IMG/VR virus record: IMGVR_UViG_3300031994_005371 | DNA length: 64,000 bases | Reading direction: 5' to 3' (one strand) | From: an uncultured virus (IMG/VR IMGVR_UViG_3300031994_005371) | Lineage: Duplodnaviria; Heunggongvirae; Uroviricota; Caudoviricetes | Shown: in pieces, positions 9,008 to 17,374 of the stretch | Layout of the letters: each line of letters starts with the position of its first letter | Numbering within the stretch: the first letter of the stretch is position 1 | Notes under the pieces: generated by a model | Told to the model about the DNA's origin: nothing | The model's input: the letters and a program-made list of their open reading frames with translations, nothing else | The model's database searches: none | Translations under genes and position numbers: made by a program

Positions 9008-9293
9008 ATATTCTAACGTTTTCGGCGCTCAAAATCAAGCATTTAAGGACGCGAGCGGGGCTCGGGCGTGCCGGGGACCGGGGAGGGGGTAAACGGGGGC
9101 CGGACGGGGGCCGGGGGTGTAGACCCAAATTTATTTTTTCAAATTTTTTTCTGGCCTTCCAGCACTACCCTATCCGGCCTTGCGCCATTTCGTTGCGCAT
9201 GCTGTGGGAAAAAGTAACAACCTTGTTACATTTTTAAGCCCCAAAATTTGGCAAATGCAGATTTTTGTAGATTATACGCAACTTTTTCGGTCC

Positions 9294-9522
9294 AAACTTA
9301 CACCAAAAATCGCCATTCTACGGCCTTTAAATGCAGAAAATTGTAACTTTTGTAGATTTCACTATACTCTTTACGCGCATTTGGCAAAAAACTATAAATA
9401 GAATAAAAGAGTACTGCAAAACTTACAAAACTTGCAATTTTCGGCCTCTCGCGCCCTTGTAGTGCCGTTTTCCGTTGTAACTTTACCCTCCAAAACTTGC
9501 AATAAACTTACACAAACTTGCA
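9294..9522 (+). repeat. Six AAACTTRCA direct repeats; putative origin iterons or packaging site
   Basis: Copies at 9294,9419,9428,9493,9504,9514 in a ~600-bp AT-rich region without a convincing ORF. Confidence 0.6.
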
Positions 9523-9618
9523 ATGCCCCGCTTCTTCCAGGGGGCAAAACCGACATAAAAACCGCCTCGGCTCGTTTGTGAACCGGGGCGTTCTTTGGTC
9601 TTACTGGGGAGAAATCGG

Positions 9619-9933
9619 CTATTTCGCCTCTTTCGGGGGCTCGCCTTTGGCTATGAGCCGAAGCTCGGCTCCGCAGCACGGGCAGACAAGCGCCGTCGCG
9701 GTGACTCTTTGGCGCGTGGGGATTGACTCCAGCTCGGACAGCGGGATTTCGGAAATCAGGGTTGCCGGGGTTGTGTCGAGAACGTCCGCAATCTTCTGGA
9801 GCGTATCCAGCGAGATGTTCCCTTTGGTGTAGTACGCGAACGCTTGTTTTGTCACGTCAAGCCTCTTCGCCGCCTCGGTCTGCGTGATGCCTCTTTTTTT
9901 GAGTACGTAAAGTAGATTTTCTTTGAAATTCAT
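9619..9933 (-). CDS. XRE-family HTH transcriptional regulator
   Basis: GITQTEAAKRLDVTKQAF...ISLDTLQKIADVLD. Confidence 0.9.
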   Translation of the reverse strand: MNFKENLLYVLKKRGITQTEAAKRLDVTKQAFAYYTKGNISLDTLQKIADVLDTTPATLISEIPLSELESIPTRQRVTATALVCPCCGAELRLIAKGEPPKEAK

Positions 9934-10072
9934 GTCTTGTTAAATTTTCTTGCAAAAGTAAAGTTAATTTTTTACAAGCGCAAGGAAATGAGAAAAATTC
10001 CGAAAAACTTTCCTCGTCAATAATTCGCAACAACTCTTGCTTTTTGTTTGCGTTTGTGTTATTTTTGCGCCC

Positions 10073-10348
10073 ATGAGAGAAAAGGAATCAAAAAAACTCC
10101 GGGCCTCGGAGAAACTCCCCACTCGTTTCGTGCCGGTCGGCGGGACAATCAGGCGCTATGGCTTTACGTTTGTGGCCGTCAAGCGCCCCGCGGCTTCGCA
10201 GCTTCTTCCGTGCGAGGCTTGCTCCGGGTGCTGGTTTGCCAAAGGCCGCATCGGGGACTTAATCACCAACTGCACGGATATTCAGTGCTCAAAATGGGAC
10301 CGCATGGACGGTCGGAATGTTTGGTTTAAGCTGGAGGACGGGGTATAG
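10073..10348 (+). CDS. Cys-rich hypothetical protein
   Basis: CxxCxxC..C..C...RMDGRNVWF. Confidence 0.7.
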   Translation: MREKESKKLRASEKLPTRFVPVGGTIRRYGFTFVAVKRPAASQLLPCEACSGCWFAKGRIGDLITNCTDIQCSKWDRMDGRNVWFKLEDGV

Positions 10349-10440
10349 AAAACGCCCTTCATAACGAGCTGAAACTCATCCTGGGCCAGCACAAGCCGGA
10401 ATATAAAAGTATTCTGGAGATTCGCGGCTCGCAGGAGAGG

Positions 10441-11670
10441 GTGGATGCGCTGACGCTCCTATGTCGGTCAATTCTCCGGGAGTCCTCGCTATGTTACGTT
10501 GACGGGGTGCTGGTCCACTATGACGGCAAGATTTATTCGGAGATAGAAAACCCCACTTCCGTTACCAACTGCCTTTTTGATATTCTCATGGACTCCGGGA
10601 CGCAGCCCTGGGACGCAAAACGAATCGGGAGTATTATCTTGACGGTGATTTCGGAAAAGTCCTTTGCCCGCTCGCCCTACGTGGCGTTCTCAAACGGGGT
10701 TTTGAATATCAAGACTATGGACTGGTCCGAGGGGTTTAACCCAGGGCGCGTTGTTACTGAATACCTCCCGTATGCTTACGACCCGACGGCCCAATGCCCG
10801 CTGTGGGAAAAATTCTTGAACGAGATTATGCCGGACGAACAGCAGCGGCTCGTCCTCCAGGAGTTCTTCGGCATGGTCTATCTTGACCGCTCCAGCTTCT
10901 CGGTTGAGAAGTTCGCTCTCTTTGTCGGAAAGGGCGCGAACGGAAAAAGTGTCATTTTTGACGTGATGAAAAAGGTTATCGGCGAAAAGTACGTTACTAC
11001 GCTTGATTCCGTCCAGCTCTCCGATGAAAAGATGCTCCCTTATGTAAAAGGCGCGAGGCTGAATTTCTCCCCGGACATGGCGAGCCAAAAAGACTTTTCC
11101 TCGGCCCTTAAGGCCCTTGCCTCCGGGCAGGACGTGACGGGCCGGAAAATCTACGGCGACGCGGAGAAAATCAAATGTCCTCCCCTTTGCTTTGCCATGA
11201 ACGAGCTCCCCCGCTTCCGTGACGTTACCGATGCGTTTTTCCGTCGAATCCTCCTTTTCTCCTTTGAGGTCCAGATTCCACCCCACCGGCAGGACAAACG
11301 GCTCGTTTCCCGCATTTGCGAAAATGACAAGCCGGGCATAATGAACTGGATTCTTCAAGGCCGGTTTCGGCTGATTCGTAGCGGGGGCGAGTTCAGCTAC
11401 TCGGAGAAAATGGAAAAGGACTTGAATATACTCCGTGGAAAGGTCCGCGGGGGTGCGGAATACCCGGTCAAGTCCTACCTCGAGTCCCGTGGGCTCTCCG
11501 TCTATCCGTCCTATGTCGGCCAGGCTCCCGTGCTGATTTCCCGGCAGGAAATCTACGACGGCCTCGGCGGGGCGGTTTCTACTCACATGATTACCCGTGA
11601 GCTTACCGGATTCGGGATTCAAACGATGCGTAGTAAAGAAATGAAATATCGCGTGTATGAGAAAGTATAG
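10441..11670 (+). CDS. D5/P4-type superfamily 3 helicase (primase-associated)
   Basis: AFSNGVL, CPLWEKFLNE, Walker A GKGANGKS, FAMNELP, AFFRRI; frame open from 10330, so the start is uncertain. Confidence 0.88.
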   Translation: MDALTLLCRSILRESSLCYVDGVLVHYDGKIYSEIENPTSVTNCLFDILMDSGTQPWDAKRIGSIILTVISEKSFARSPYVAFSNGVLNIKTMDWSEGFNPGRVVTEYLPYAYDPTAQCPLWEKFLNEIMPDEQQRLVLQEFFGMVYLDRSSFSVEKFALFVGKGANGKSVIFDVMKKVIGEKYVTTLDSVQLSDEKMLPYVKGARLNFSPDMASQKDFSSALKALASGQDVTGRKIYGDAEKIKCPPLCFAMNELPRFRDVTDAFFRRILLFSFEVQIPPHRQDKRLVSRICENDKPGIMNWILQGRFRLIRSGGEFSYSEKMEKDLNILRGKVRGGAEYPVKSYLESRGLSVYPSYVGQAPVLISRQEIYDGLGGAVSTHMITRELTGFGIQTMRSKEMKYRVYEKV

Positions 11671-11842
11671 CCACGTCCCAACGGAGGAACTACATAAGCG
11701 CTGGCTCGCCCTTCGGGACGAGGCTAAACGTACCGGCAAGCACTCGCCGGAGCTGTATGAAATGAGAATGGAACTGGAGCGCCGCCGTGGTTGGCGACCG
11801 CCGGTTGTAGACATAGACTTCACCAAAAACGTACCAGATTAA
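11657..11842 (+). CDS. Hypothetical protein
   Basis: Overlap-coupled ORF. Confidence 0.6.
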   Translation: MRKYSHVPTEELHKRWLALRDEAKRTGKHSPELYEMRMELERRRGWRPPVVDIDFTKNVPD

Positions 11843-11845
11843 GTT

Positions 11846-12718
11846 ATGATTTTTCAGTTTTCGCCCATTCCCGAGGGCTTTTTCGGGGACAGCGGCTTGA
11901 CCGCAACTTCAGCGAATCATATCGCAAACCTCCTGAAGCTCCGCTATGAGCGGATTGAGAACGAGCTTAACTCGCTGAATTTCGTTACCGAACGTATGCA
12001 GGTAGTTGGCATGGATAAGGACGTTATTATGAAAAAAGCGCTCCTTTTCGATGCGGACGAAATCAAGTCACGGCTTGAAGAAGTTGCCATGTGCAAGGGC
12101 TTTATCGCTTTTCTCCGCGAGGCAATCAAGGAGAAAAAGCGCCTTACGGAGGAAATCGAGGACTATACTACGCTGGAGTACCAGACTCTCATGGCTAACC
12201 AGCCCAAGCCGCAGCACCCGATTTCCGAAGAGGAAATCGTCAATGCAATGTCTATTGGCGACCGCGTGCGATACCTTTCTATCGAGGCCCGGGCCGCCAC
12301 GTTCGGAAAGTTCATTCACCCTGGCGGCACTTTGGCGACCGCAAGAAAAGCTGCATTTGAAGCGTTCCAGGAGCCGACGAAGGTTGCAATGGCGGGCCGC
12401 GATACCGTCTTTGTTCACCGCGAAAGCGCTGTTTCTCCCAACGAGATTGACTCGCTGATTTCCGGCCTGCAGGCGGAGCACCGCAAGTCCGAGGCGGAGC
12501 TTAACGGTCTTAACCACGAAATCGACCAAACCCGCGTGCGCGATGCGCAGGACAAAATGGATAAGTACCGTTCCGAAAAGGATAGCTGGGATAAGGAAAC
12601 CAGCCGCTTAAAGAGCGTCATCGACCAGACTCGCGTTGAGCGCAGAAAGGTAATCGAAGAGCTTAAAATCGCCATTCCGAACAAATATCGGGACTTATAC
12701 GAAACCATAAACGGATAA
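11846..12718 (+). CDS. Long coiled-coil protein of unknown function
   Basis: 290-aa helical ORF (GLTATSANHIAN...FGKFIHP). Confidence 0.8.
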   Translation: MIFQFSPIPEGFFGDSGLTATSANHIANLLKLRYERIENELNSLNFVTERMQVVGMDKDVIMKKALLFDADEIKSRLEEVAMCKGFIAFLREAIKEKKRLTEEIEDYTTLEYQTLMANQPKPQHPISEEEIVNAMSIGDRVRYLSIEARAATFGKFIHPGGTLATARKAAFEAFQEPTKVAMAGRDTVFVHRESAVSPNEIDSLISGLQAEHRKSEAELNGLNHEIDQTRVRDAQDKMDKYRSEKDSWDKETSRLKSVIDQTRVERRKVIEELKIAIPNKYRDLYETING

Positions 12719-12746
12719 TCCGGGGCTGAAGGTTTATCCTGAAACC

Positions 12747-13049
12747 CGGACCAACGAAAAGGGCGCATGTTCATTTTTTTCGATAGCGTAGTGCAGAGGT
12801 TAGCACGCTGGATTGGTAATCCGGAGGTCGTCGGTTCAAATCCGACCGCTATTATCATGAGCGCGTTATTTCGCTCGGCATTAAAACGATTTGGAGAATC
12901 GTTTGCACTTGAAATGCAACAAAAATGGCTCCGAACCCAAAAAGTACACGGCTCCGGCCGAACTGACTTTGCCATTGCCCTTGACGGGCTCGGAGGTCCT
13001 TGCCTTTATCCTTGTCGTTGCCTTTGTAACATGCGCCCCAACCGGTCCG
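12747..13049 (+). ncRNA. Candidate structured ncRNA enclosing a tRNA
   Basis: GGGCGCATGTT (12761-71) pairs with AACATGCGCCC (13028-38); CGGACC/GGTCCG outer stem; internal hairpins. Confidence 0.55.
12782..12854 (+). tRNA. tRNA-Thr(GGT)
   Basis: Cloverleaf: GATAGCG/CGCTATT, anticodon loop TTGGTAA, T arm GTCGG-TTCAAAT-CCGAC. Confidence 0.85.
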
Positions 13050-13067
13050 TTTTTAAACTAAATACAC

Positions 13068-13307
13068 ATGGAAACAATCACTATTGCAAAGGTTAAAAAC
13101 CTTATCACGGCACGACCGAAGGAAATGCCGTTTGACGTGTACCGCAAGCTGCGTAAAGAGCAGCAGCTGATGCTCCACGGTTACAGCGTAGTTGAAAAGC
13201 AGAACGGAGTTTTTGTCCGTCGCCACATTCCCGGTCGCCTTGACGGCGTGTGTATTCCGTCAAAGAACTGGACTAACTCGCGCAACGTCCAAATCGTACT
13301 GAAGTAA
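13068..13307 (+). CDS. Hypothetical protein
   Basis: ORF coupled to dut (TAATG). Confidence 0.65.
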   Translation: METITIAKVKNLITARPKEMPFDVYRKLRKEQQLMLHGYSVVEKQNGVFVRRHIPGRLDGVCIPSKNWTNSRNVQIVLK

Positions 13308-13777
13308 TGAGCGTGATAGCAAAAATTATTGCCAGATTAAAGGGGGCCGGAAAAGTCAAAGTTAGGTTCAAGAAACTTAACCCCAATGCCGTTATGCCGG
13401 TAAAGGCTCACCCCACCGACGCGGGCTTTGACCTTGTGGCCGTTTCGTGCTGGCGCGAGAGCGGAAACTACGTGTACGGTACCGGCCTCGCCGTGGAAAT
13501 CCCGGAGGGGTACGTCGGGCTTATCTTCCCCCGCTCGTCTATCTCAAAGGTTGACTTGTTTTTGACAAACGCTGTTGGCGTTATTGATTGCCACTACCGG
13601 GGAGAAATCCTTTTCAAGTTCAAGGCCGCAACCCGGATTCCGTATGGTGTTTATGAGGAAGGGGACCGAATCGGCCAGCTTATCATAATGCCTATTCCAC
13701 AGGTGGAATTTGAGGAGGTGGAGGAGTTGTCTAAAACCGACCGGGGGCGCTGGCGGCTATGGCTCTTCCGGTAAGTA
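13307..13777 (+). CDS. dut: Trimeric dUTPase; motif V frameshifted in this sequence
   Basis: AGFDL, PRSS, GVIDCHYRGEI, RIGQL; RGAGGYGSSG appears only if one G is removed at 13743-47. Confidence 0.9.
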
Positions 13778-13797
13778 ACAAAAATGTTTCATAACCT

Positions 13798-14268
13798 ATG
13801 AAGATACTTAAAAACAACAAAATCAAGCTGGAGCGCGGTGAAACCCGCGTCGGTAACTTCTTCTTTAAGATAGAAGGCGACCACATTAAGATTCAGGACC
13901 TTAACGGCCTTATGTCGTTCCGCGTGCCGCGTAAACGTATGGCTGTCGGCGTATGGCTGGAAAACACGCTCAATCGCGGGGCCGAAGGCGAGGAAACGCT
14001 GAAAGCCTACGCGGCTACCGTGTGGACGTTCCTTGCCCTTGTGCCGGACCAAGAGGCGCTCGGCGGTATTCTGGAGCTTACCAAAGACGCTATGCAGCGT
14101 CACCCGGATTGGTACGGCTATAAGCCCAGCGACGACGAAAAGGCCAATGCCGAAGCCGCCCAGGAAGTCAAGGAAATGACCGAGCTTGAAAAGAGCCTTG
14201 CTGAAATGCCTGCTGGCGAGAAGCCCAAGCGTAAGAGAAAGACCTCCCATGCCGCCAAAAGCGAATAG
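13798..14268 (+). CDS. Hypothetical protein
   Basis: 156-aa ORF in the operon. Confidence 0.75.
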   Translation: MKILKNNKIKLERGETRVGNFFFKIEGDHIKIQDLNGLMSFRVPRKRMAVGVWLENTLNRGAEGEETLKAYAATVWTFLALVPDQEALGGILELTKDAMQRHPDWYGYKPSDDEKANAEAAQEVKEMTELEKSLAEMPAGEKPKRKRKTSHAAKSE

Positions 14269-14437
14269 CACGTTTCGCTATCTCGACTACAAATACCACG
14301 TCGTTACGACCTTTGAGGACGGCGGCGAGGTATATGTGGTCTTGAAGTACTACGGGAAACGCAGGCAGTGGTGGCATTACGAAGTGTGGTCGCTTTTCGA
14401 ATACAATCTTAAAGTAAACGAGAAAAGAAACCTATAA
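14249..14437 (+). CDS. Hypothetical protein
   Basis: Overlapping ORF MPPKANST... Confidence 0.55.
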   Translation: MPPKANSTFRYLDYKYHVVTTFEDGGEVYVVLKYYGKRRQWWHYEVWSLFEYNLKVNEKRNL

Positions 14438-14483
14438 ATTTTCTCCAATATTTGTTGATTTTTATAGGTTTTTCTATCTTTGT

Positions 14484-14562
14484 GAGGAACTTTCTTCAAA
14501 CTGTAACATTCATCACTACTAACTACTAACAAGCCCTCCGTTGTGAAAACGCAGGGCTTTAC
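14484..14562 (+). ncRNA. Candidate sRNA 2
   Basis: TTTG(14451)-N20-TATCTTTG(14475) promoter, C/A-rich unpaired core, AAGCCCT...AGGGCTTT terminator-like hairpin. Confidence 0.45.
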
Positions 14563-14568
14563 TCATAT

Positions 14569-14631
14569 AAAAAGCCTCCCGTTTCCGAGAGGCCAAATCT
14601 TTGAGTTATTTGTAGGCTCGCGCCTAACGGG
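14569..14631 (-). ncRNA. Candidate trans-acting antisense sRNA against the TTTGAGTT-ATG start motif
   Basis: Promoter TTTG-N21-TAATTTTG; hairpin TAGGC-GCGA-GCCTA; core ATAACTCAAAGATTT; terminator GCCTCTCG-GAAA-CGGGAGGC-TTTTT. Confidence 0.75.
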
Positions 14632-14726
14632 TACAAAATTAATGAATTTTTGGCTTTACGCGCAAAAAATTGGCGAAAAGTTCACTTTATTTGCGAAATA
14701 AGCAATAAGGCACAACGGCTATTGGT

Positions 14727-15119
14727 TTAAATTGGCTCGGTAGCCCTTTTTACCTCGCGGAGCTGGATTCCGTGGAAGTAGAGCATCATCTTCCGCTTAA
14801 TCGGGTACTTTTCATCTGGAAAGCCCTTGCAGTCCTCAACAACAATATCTCCGTCTTTCATATAGACGTAATCGGCAACGTAAGTGACGGGCCGTTCAAT
14901 GAGCTTTTGGACGACCTTTTCTTTGGTCTTTAATTTCTTCACTACGGGCCGATATTGGGCCGGGAGTAACGGGAACTCAACCTGCTTACGAAGGTCGCTA
15001 ATTTCGCCCTTTTTGGCCGCTTCTTTGAGAATCAGCCAGCGGTTATATTCCAGCTTTGACGCAAACTCCCCTTCCGAGGTCACTATCTTTTTGTTTCCGT
15101 ATTTTCTGCGTGGTATCAT
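14727..15119 (-). CDS. DUF1064-like PD-(D/E)xK endonuclease
   Basis: KYGNKK..FASKLE..QVEFPL..YVADYVY..VEDCKG. Confidence 0.85.
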   Translation of the reverse strand: MIPRRKYGNKKIVTSEGEFASKLEYNRWLILKEAAKKGEISDLRKQVEFPLLPAQYRPVVKKLKTKEKVVQKLIERPVTYVADYVYMKDGDIVVEDCKGFPDEKYPIKRKMMLYFHGIQLREVKRATEPI

Positions 15120-15856
15120 ATTTCCATAGGTTCAAAGAAATACTCCGGGTAGCATTGGCAACGAGGGTGCGGACGCTCAAACGGTGTTCCGATAGGGATT
15201 TTCTTACCGCAAAGCGAGTCGCACTCCGGGCAGTCGAAGGACGAGCCCCGGTGACGGATATAATAACCCGCCCCTTGCGCCATAGCATCCACCCACTCGG
15301 CATAACGGGCCGCGTCTATAATCAAGTCCGCACCGATTAGCGAGAGCTGGTTATAGATATTGAAACTATATCCCGGCCCCCAGCCCATGCGCTTTATCCC
15401 GGCCTCCCGCCAAAGCGGGCAAAGAAACGGGTTGTTCATGTACCGGGAAATCAGCACCCGCAAATAACCCTTTGTGTAGTTCTTTGCGAGCGCGAGTCCA
15501 ACCCAGACAGAAAGCAGGTCCAAAAGGTGCTCCCCGGCAAGGTCAAAGCTCATACCGGCATACTTTTCGGAAAGGGCCGTTTCAAAGGCCACCTCCTCGT
15601 CCGCATAGTCCAGCGAGTCGGTAATCAGCGTATAGGCAATCTTCCTTGCGTCCTCAATGCAGCCGTCCGACAGCGCAACGCATTGGCGCATGGCCTCTTT
15701 GTAGAGCGTTTCGTCGGCGTCAAAAGAGAAATCAGCGCCGAGGTGCTTGTATTTCCATGCCAGTTCCAAAAGGGCCGCCAGCGCGTCGTTAAATCGCTTT
15801 TTCGACGCACCGGCGAACTCGTTTAGCGAGGCATTTATCTTGTGGTGGTTAAGCAT
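15116..15856 (-). CDS. Head morphogenesis/minor capsid protein (SPP1 gp7-like)
   Basis: Follows the portal; CPECD...HPRCQC C-terminus. Confidence 0.7.
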   Translation of the reverse strand: MLNHHKINASLNEFAGASKKRFNDALAALLELAWKYKHLGADFSFDADETLYKEAMRQCVALSDGCIEDARKIAYTLITDSLDYADEEVAFETALSEKYAGMSFDLAGEHLLDLLSVWVGLALAKNYTKGYLRVLISRYMNNPFLCPLWREAGIKRMGWGPGYSFNIYNQLSLIGADLIIDAARYAEWVDAMAQGAGYYIRHRGSSFDCPECDSLCGKKIPIGTPFERPHPRCQCYPEYFFEPMEI

Positions 15857-17354
15857 TGGTGCGGCTTGCGGTTACGGCGTTGTTCTTAATCTGTTGTGCG
15901 TTTATCTGCGCGGCGGCCACGGCCTCGTCGTGGGCCTCCTGCAGGAGCCTGTTCACCTCGTCCGGGGAAGAATAGCCAATGTTATAGGCGATTTCCGTTG
16001 CGGTCTTTTTAGACATAGCCCCGGCGGCAACAAGCTGCTGAATACCAGAAATCACGTCGTTTTCGGAAAGGAAAATGAACGGGTCCAGATAGGCTTTTAC
16101 TTTGAAAGAAGCAGTATCGCTTGCACGGTTTTCAGAAGTGAAGTAGGCAAACTTGAAGAGGCTTACAACCCCGTTCAGGAATTGCTGGTACTCGATAGAG
16201 TCCGAAAGGGCCTTCAGGTAAGAATCCGCAAAGAGCATCTTGACTGTCCGGGAGGACATATCAGCGCCAGACTTGATTTCGGGCGTTTCCACCGCGAACG
16301 AGCCTCGCATGATATTCTTTTCCATGATTTCCAGCTGCTTTGCAAAAGCGCCGTCAGCGCCCTGCGCGGGCTCCAGGAATCCAACCTTTGCGTTCGGGTC
16401 GATAGAGTCAATACGGTTTGGAGTGCCGTCCGTATTCGTCATTACCTCCATATCCCCGCCGAGGGTATAAAGAATCCTCAAAGCGTAGGCCGCATTGTTT
16501 TCGCTGAACTGCGAAATGCCGATTTCGTAACCGTCAATGATTCCCTGCGAGGCGGTCCAGACGGGGCCGGTATCGCGGCGGTGGTAGCGAACGGGAATAT
16601 CCGGGAAGCCGTGCGGTTTCGGCTCGCCTTCAAGCTCCCAGCCTTCGCCGTCCTCTTTCTTCTTATAAGTGGCAAACGAGGTGCGGTCGATTACGTCCAA
16701 ATACTCATGGGGATTGCCGTCCCAATCTTCCTGCACATACCGGCGGCCAAGAAGCGCCAGCTTGCCGGTCAGCGAGTCGTAGTGTGGATAGAGCGTGTCG
16801 CCACGGTTGTAGGAGAAAACGCGCCAGCCGGGTTTCCCATTGTCGAGATAGACGTAAACAGCAACGTCGCCAATCTTGTAATCCTCCTCAATCGCCTCGT
16901 TGATTGCTACCTCCATATCGTACTCTTCCCAGCCCTCACGGAAGAAGGAAAGGGTGTCAATCATCTTTTGGTTGGTCGCGTCGGAAATCAGCTTCATGCC
17001 GATATTGTTTCCGAGCAGGGCCTCTTTTCGCTTTGTTAAGATTCGCTCCTGAAAGCCGATTGCAATACGGCTTCGCACCTTTGCTTGATACGCACCGGTT
17101 TCCTTATTGACATAAAGGGTATTCGGGTAGTATTTGAGGTGGTTAATCTTGTGCGAGGTCGGAAAGAACTCGCGGTAAAAATCGGCCTGCGTCCGAAGCT
17201 CATGCTGGACGTTTGCAACCGTCTGGACGTAGGGAGCGGATGGGTTTATAATCGGAGTCGTGCCAATGACTCCGGGCGGGATAGGAACGGAAAAGGGCTT
17301 TTTCCGTAAGATTTGTTCGGGTGTCATTGCCCCGATAGACGGAGTAAGTCGCAT
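15849..17354 (-). CDS. Portal protein
   Basis: 501 aa, downstream of terL; HGFPDIPV, MSKKTA patterns of SPP1 gp6-like portals. Confidence 0.8.
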   Translation of the reverse strand: MRLTPSIGAMTPEQILRKKPFSVPIPPGVIGTTPIINPSAPYVQTVANVQHELRTQADFYREFFPTSHKINHLKYYPNTLYVNKETGAYQAKVRSRIAIGFQERILTKRKEALLGNNIGMKLISDATNQKMIDTLSFFREGWEEYDMEVAINEAIEEDYKIGDVAVYVYLDNGKPGWRVFSYNRGDTLYPHYDSLTGKLALLGRRYVQEDWDGNPHEYLDVIDRTSFATYKKKEDGEGWELEGEPKPHGFPDIPVRYHRRDTGPVWTASQGIIDGYEIGISQFSENNAAYALRILYTLGGDMEVMTNTDGTPNRIDSIDPNAKVGFLEPAQGADGAFAKQLEIMEKNIMRGSFAVETPEIKSGADMSSRTVKMLFADSYLKALSDSIEYQQFLNGVVSLFKFAYFTSENRASDTASFKVKAYLDPFIFLSENDVISGIQQLVAAGAMSKKTATEIAYNIGYSSPDEVNRLLQEAHDEAVAAAQINAQQIKNNAVTASRTNA

Positions 17355-17374
17355 GGTATATTCGTTTTAAAATT

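Noticed and set aside
12767..13096. 109-aa ORF
   Set aside because: Overlaps the tRNA-Thr and structured RNA; translation looks spurious
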